This document shows positions 63,971-64,000 of a stretch of DNA of 64,000 nucleotides, piece after piece. How positions within the stretch are numbered: position 1 is the stretch's first letter; the number at the start of each line of letters is the position of its first letter. A model generated the notes under the pieces. That model worked only from the letters and a program-made list of their open reading frames with translations. It searched no databases and was not told the origin of the DNA. The stretch covers positions 54,947,515 through 55,011,514 of the forward strand of contig NC_068994.1 of assembly GCF_001194135.2 (NCBI RefSeq), in the 5' to 3' direction. A program made the position numbers and the translations under genes. The stretch is from Octopus bimaculoides. Its lineage: Eukaryota.

Positions 63971-64000
63971 ATCACCACCGTCACATCCATATTAATCACC

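Noticed and set aside
63621-63995. Poly-Thr mucin-like ORF
   Set aside because: It is a pure (TAC/CAC)n array. Comparable arrays occur throughout the introns, and there is no splice or domain support.

Overview
AT-rich, microsatellite- and SINE-dense animal genomic DNA with eight N gaps. The repeat families suggest an Octopus (coleoid cephalopod) genome; this is an inference from recalled repeat sequences. I reconstructed two spliced protein-coding genes by hand from GT-AG sites and codon phases, both on the minus strand. (1) A complete RhoBTB (RhoBTB1/2-like) CDS in 8 exons, 50247 to 40114, 693 aa. (2) An uncharacterised gene encoding two tandem ~85-aa repeats (putatively ubiquitin-like) followed by a TIR domain with the NADase-type catalytic Glu. 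It has 8 firm exons from 8749 to 873, a probable 10-nt coding first exon at 23583-23574, and runs off the left edge of the window. The rest is intron or intergenic sequence: several SINE families, TTAA- and TA-flanked MITEs, two decayed Tc1/mariner transposases, Penelope-type hammerhead ribozyme motifs, minisatellites, and a CpG-rich SINE-free promoter-like block containing a 4 x ~200-bp degenerate tandem array. Most ORFs in the supplied track are microsatellite or gap artefacts. Repeat boundaries are approximate.
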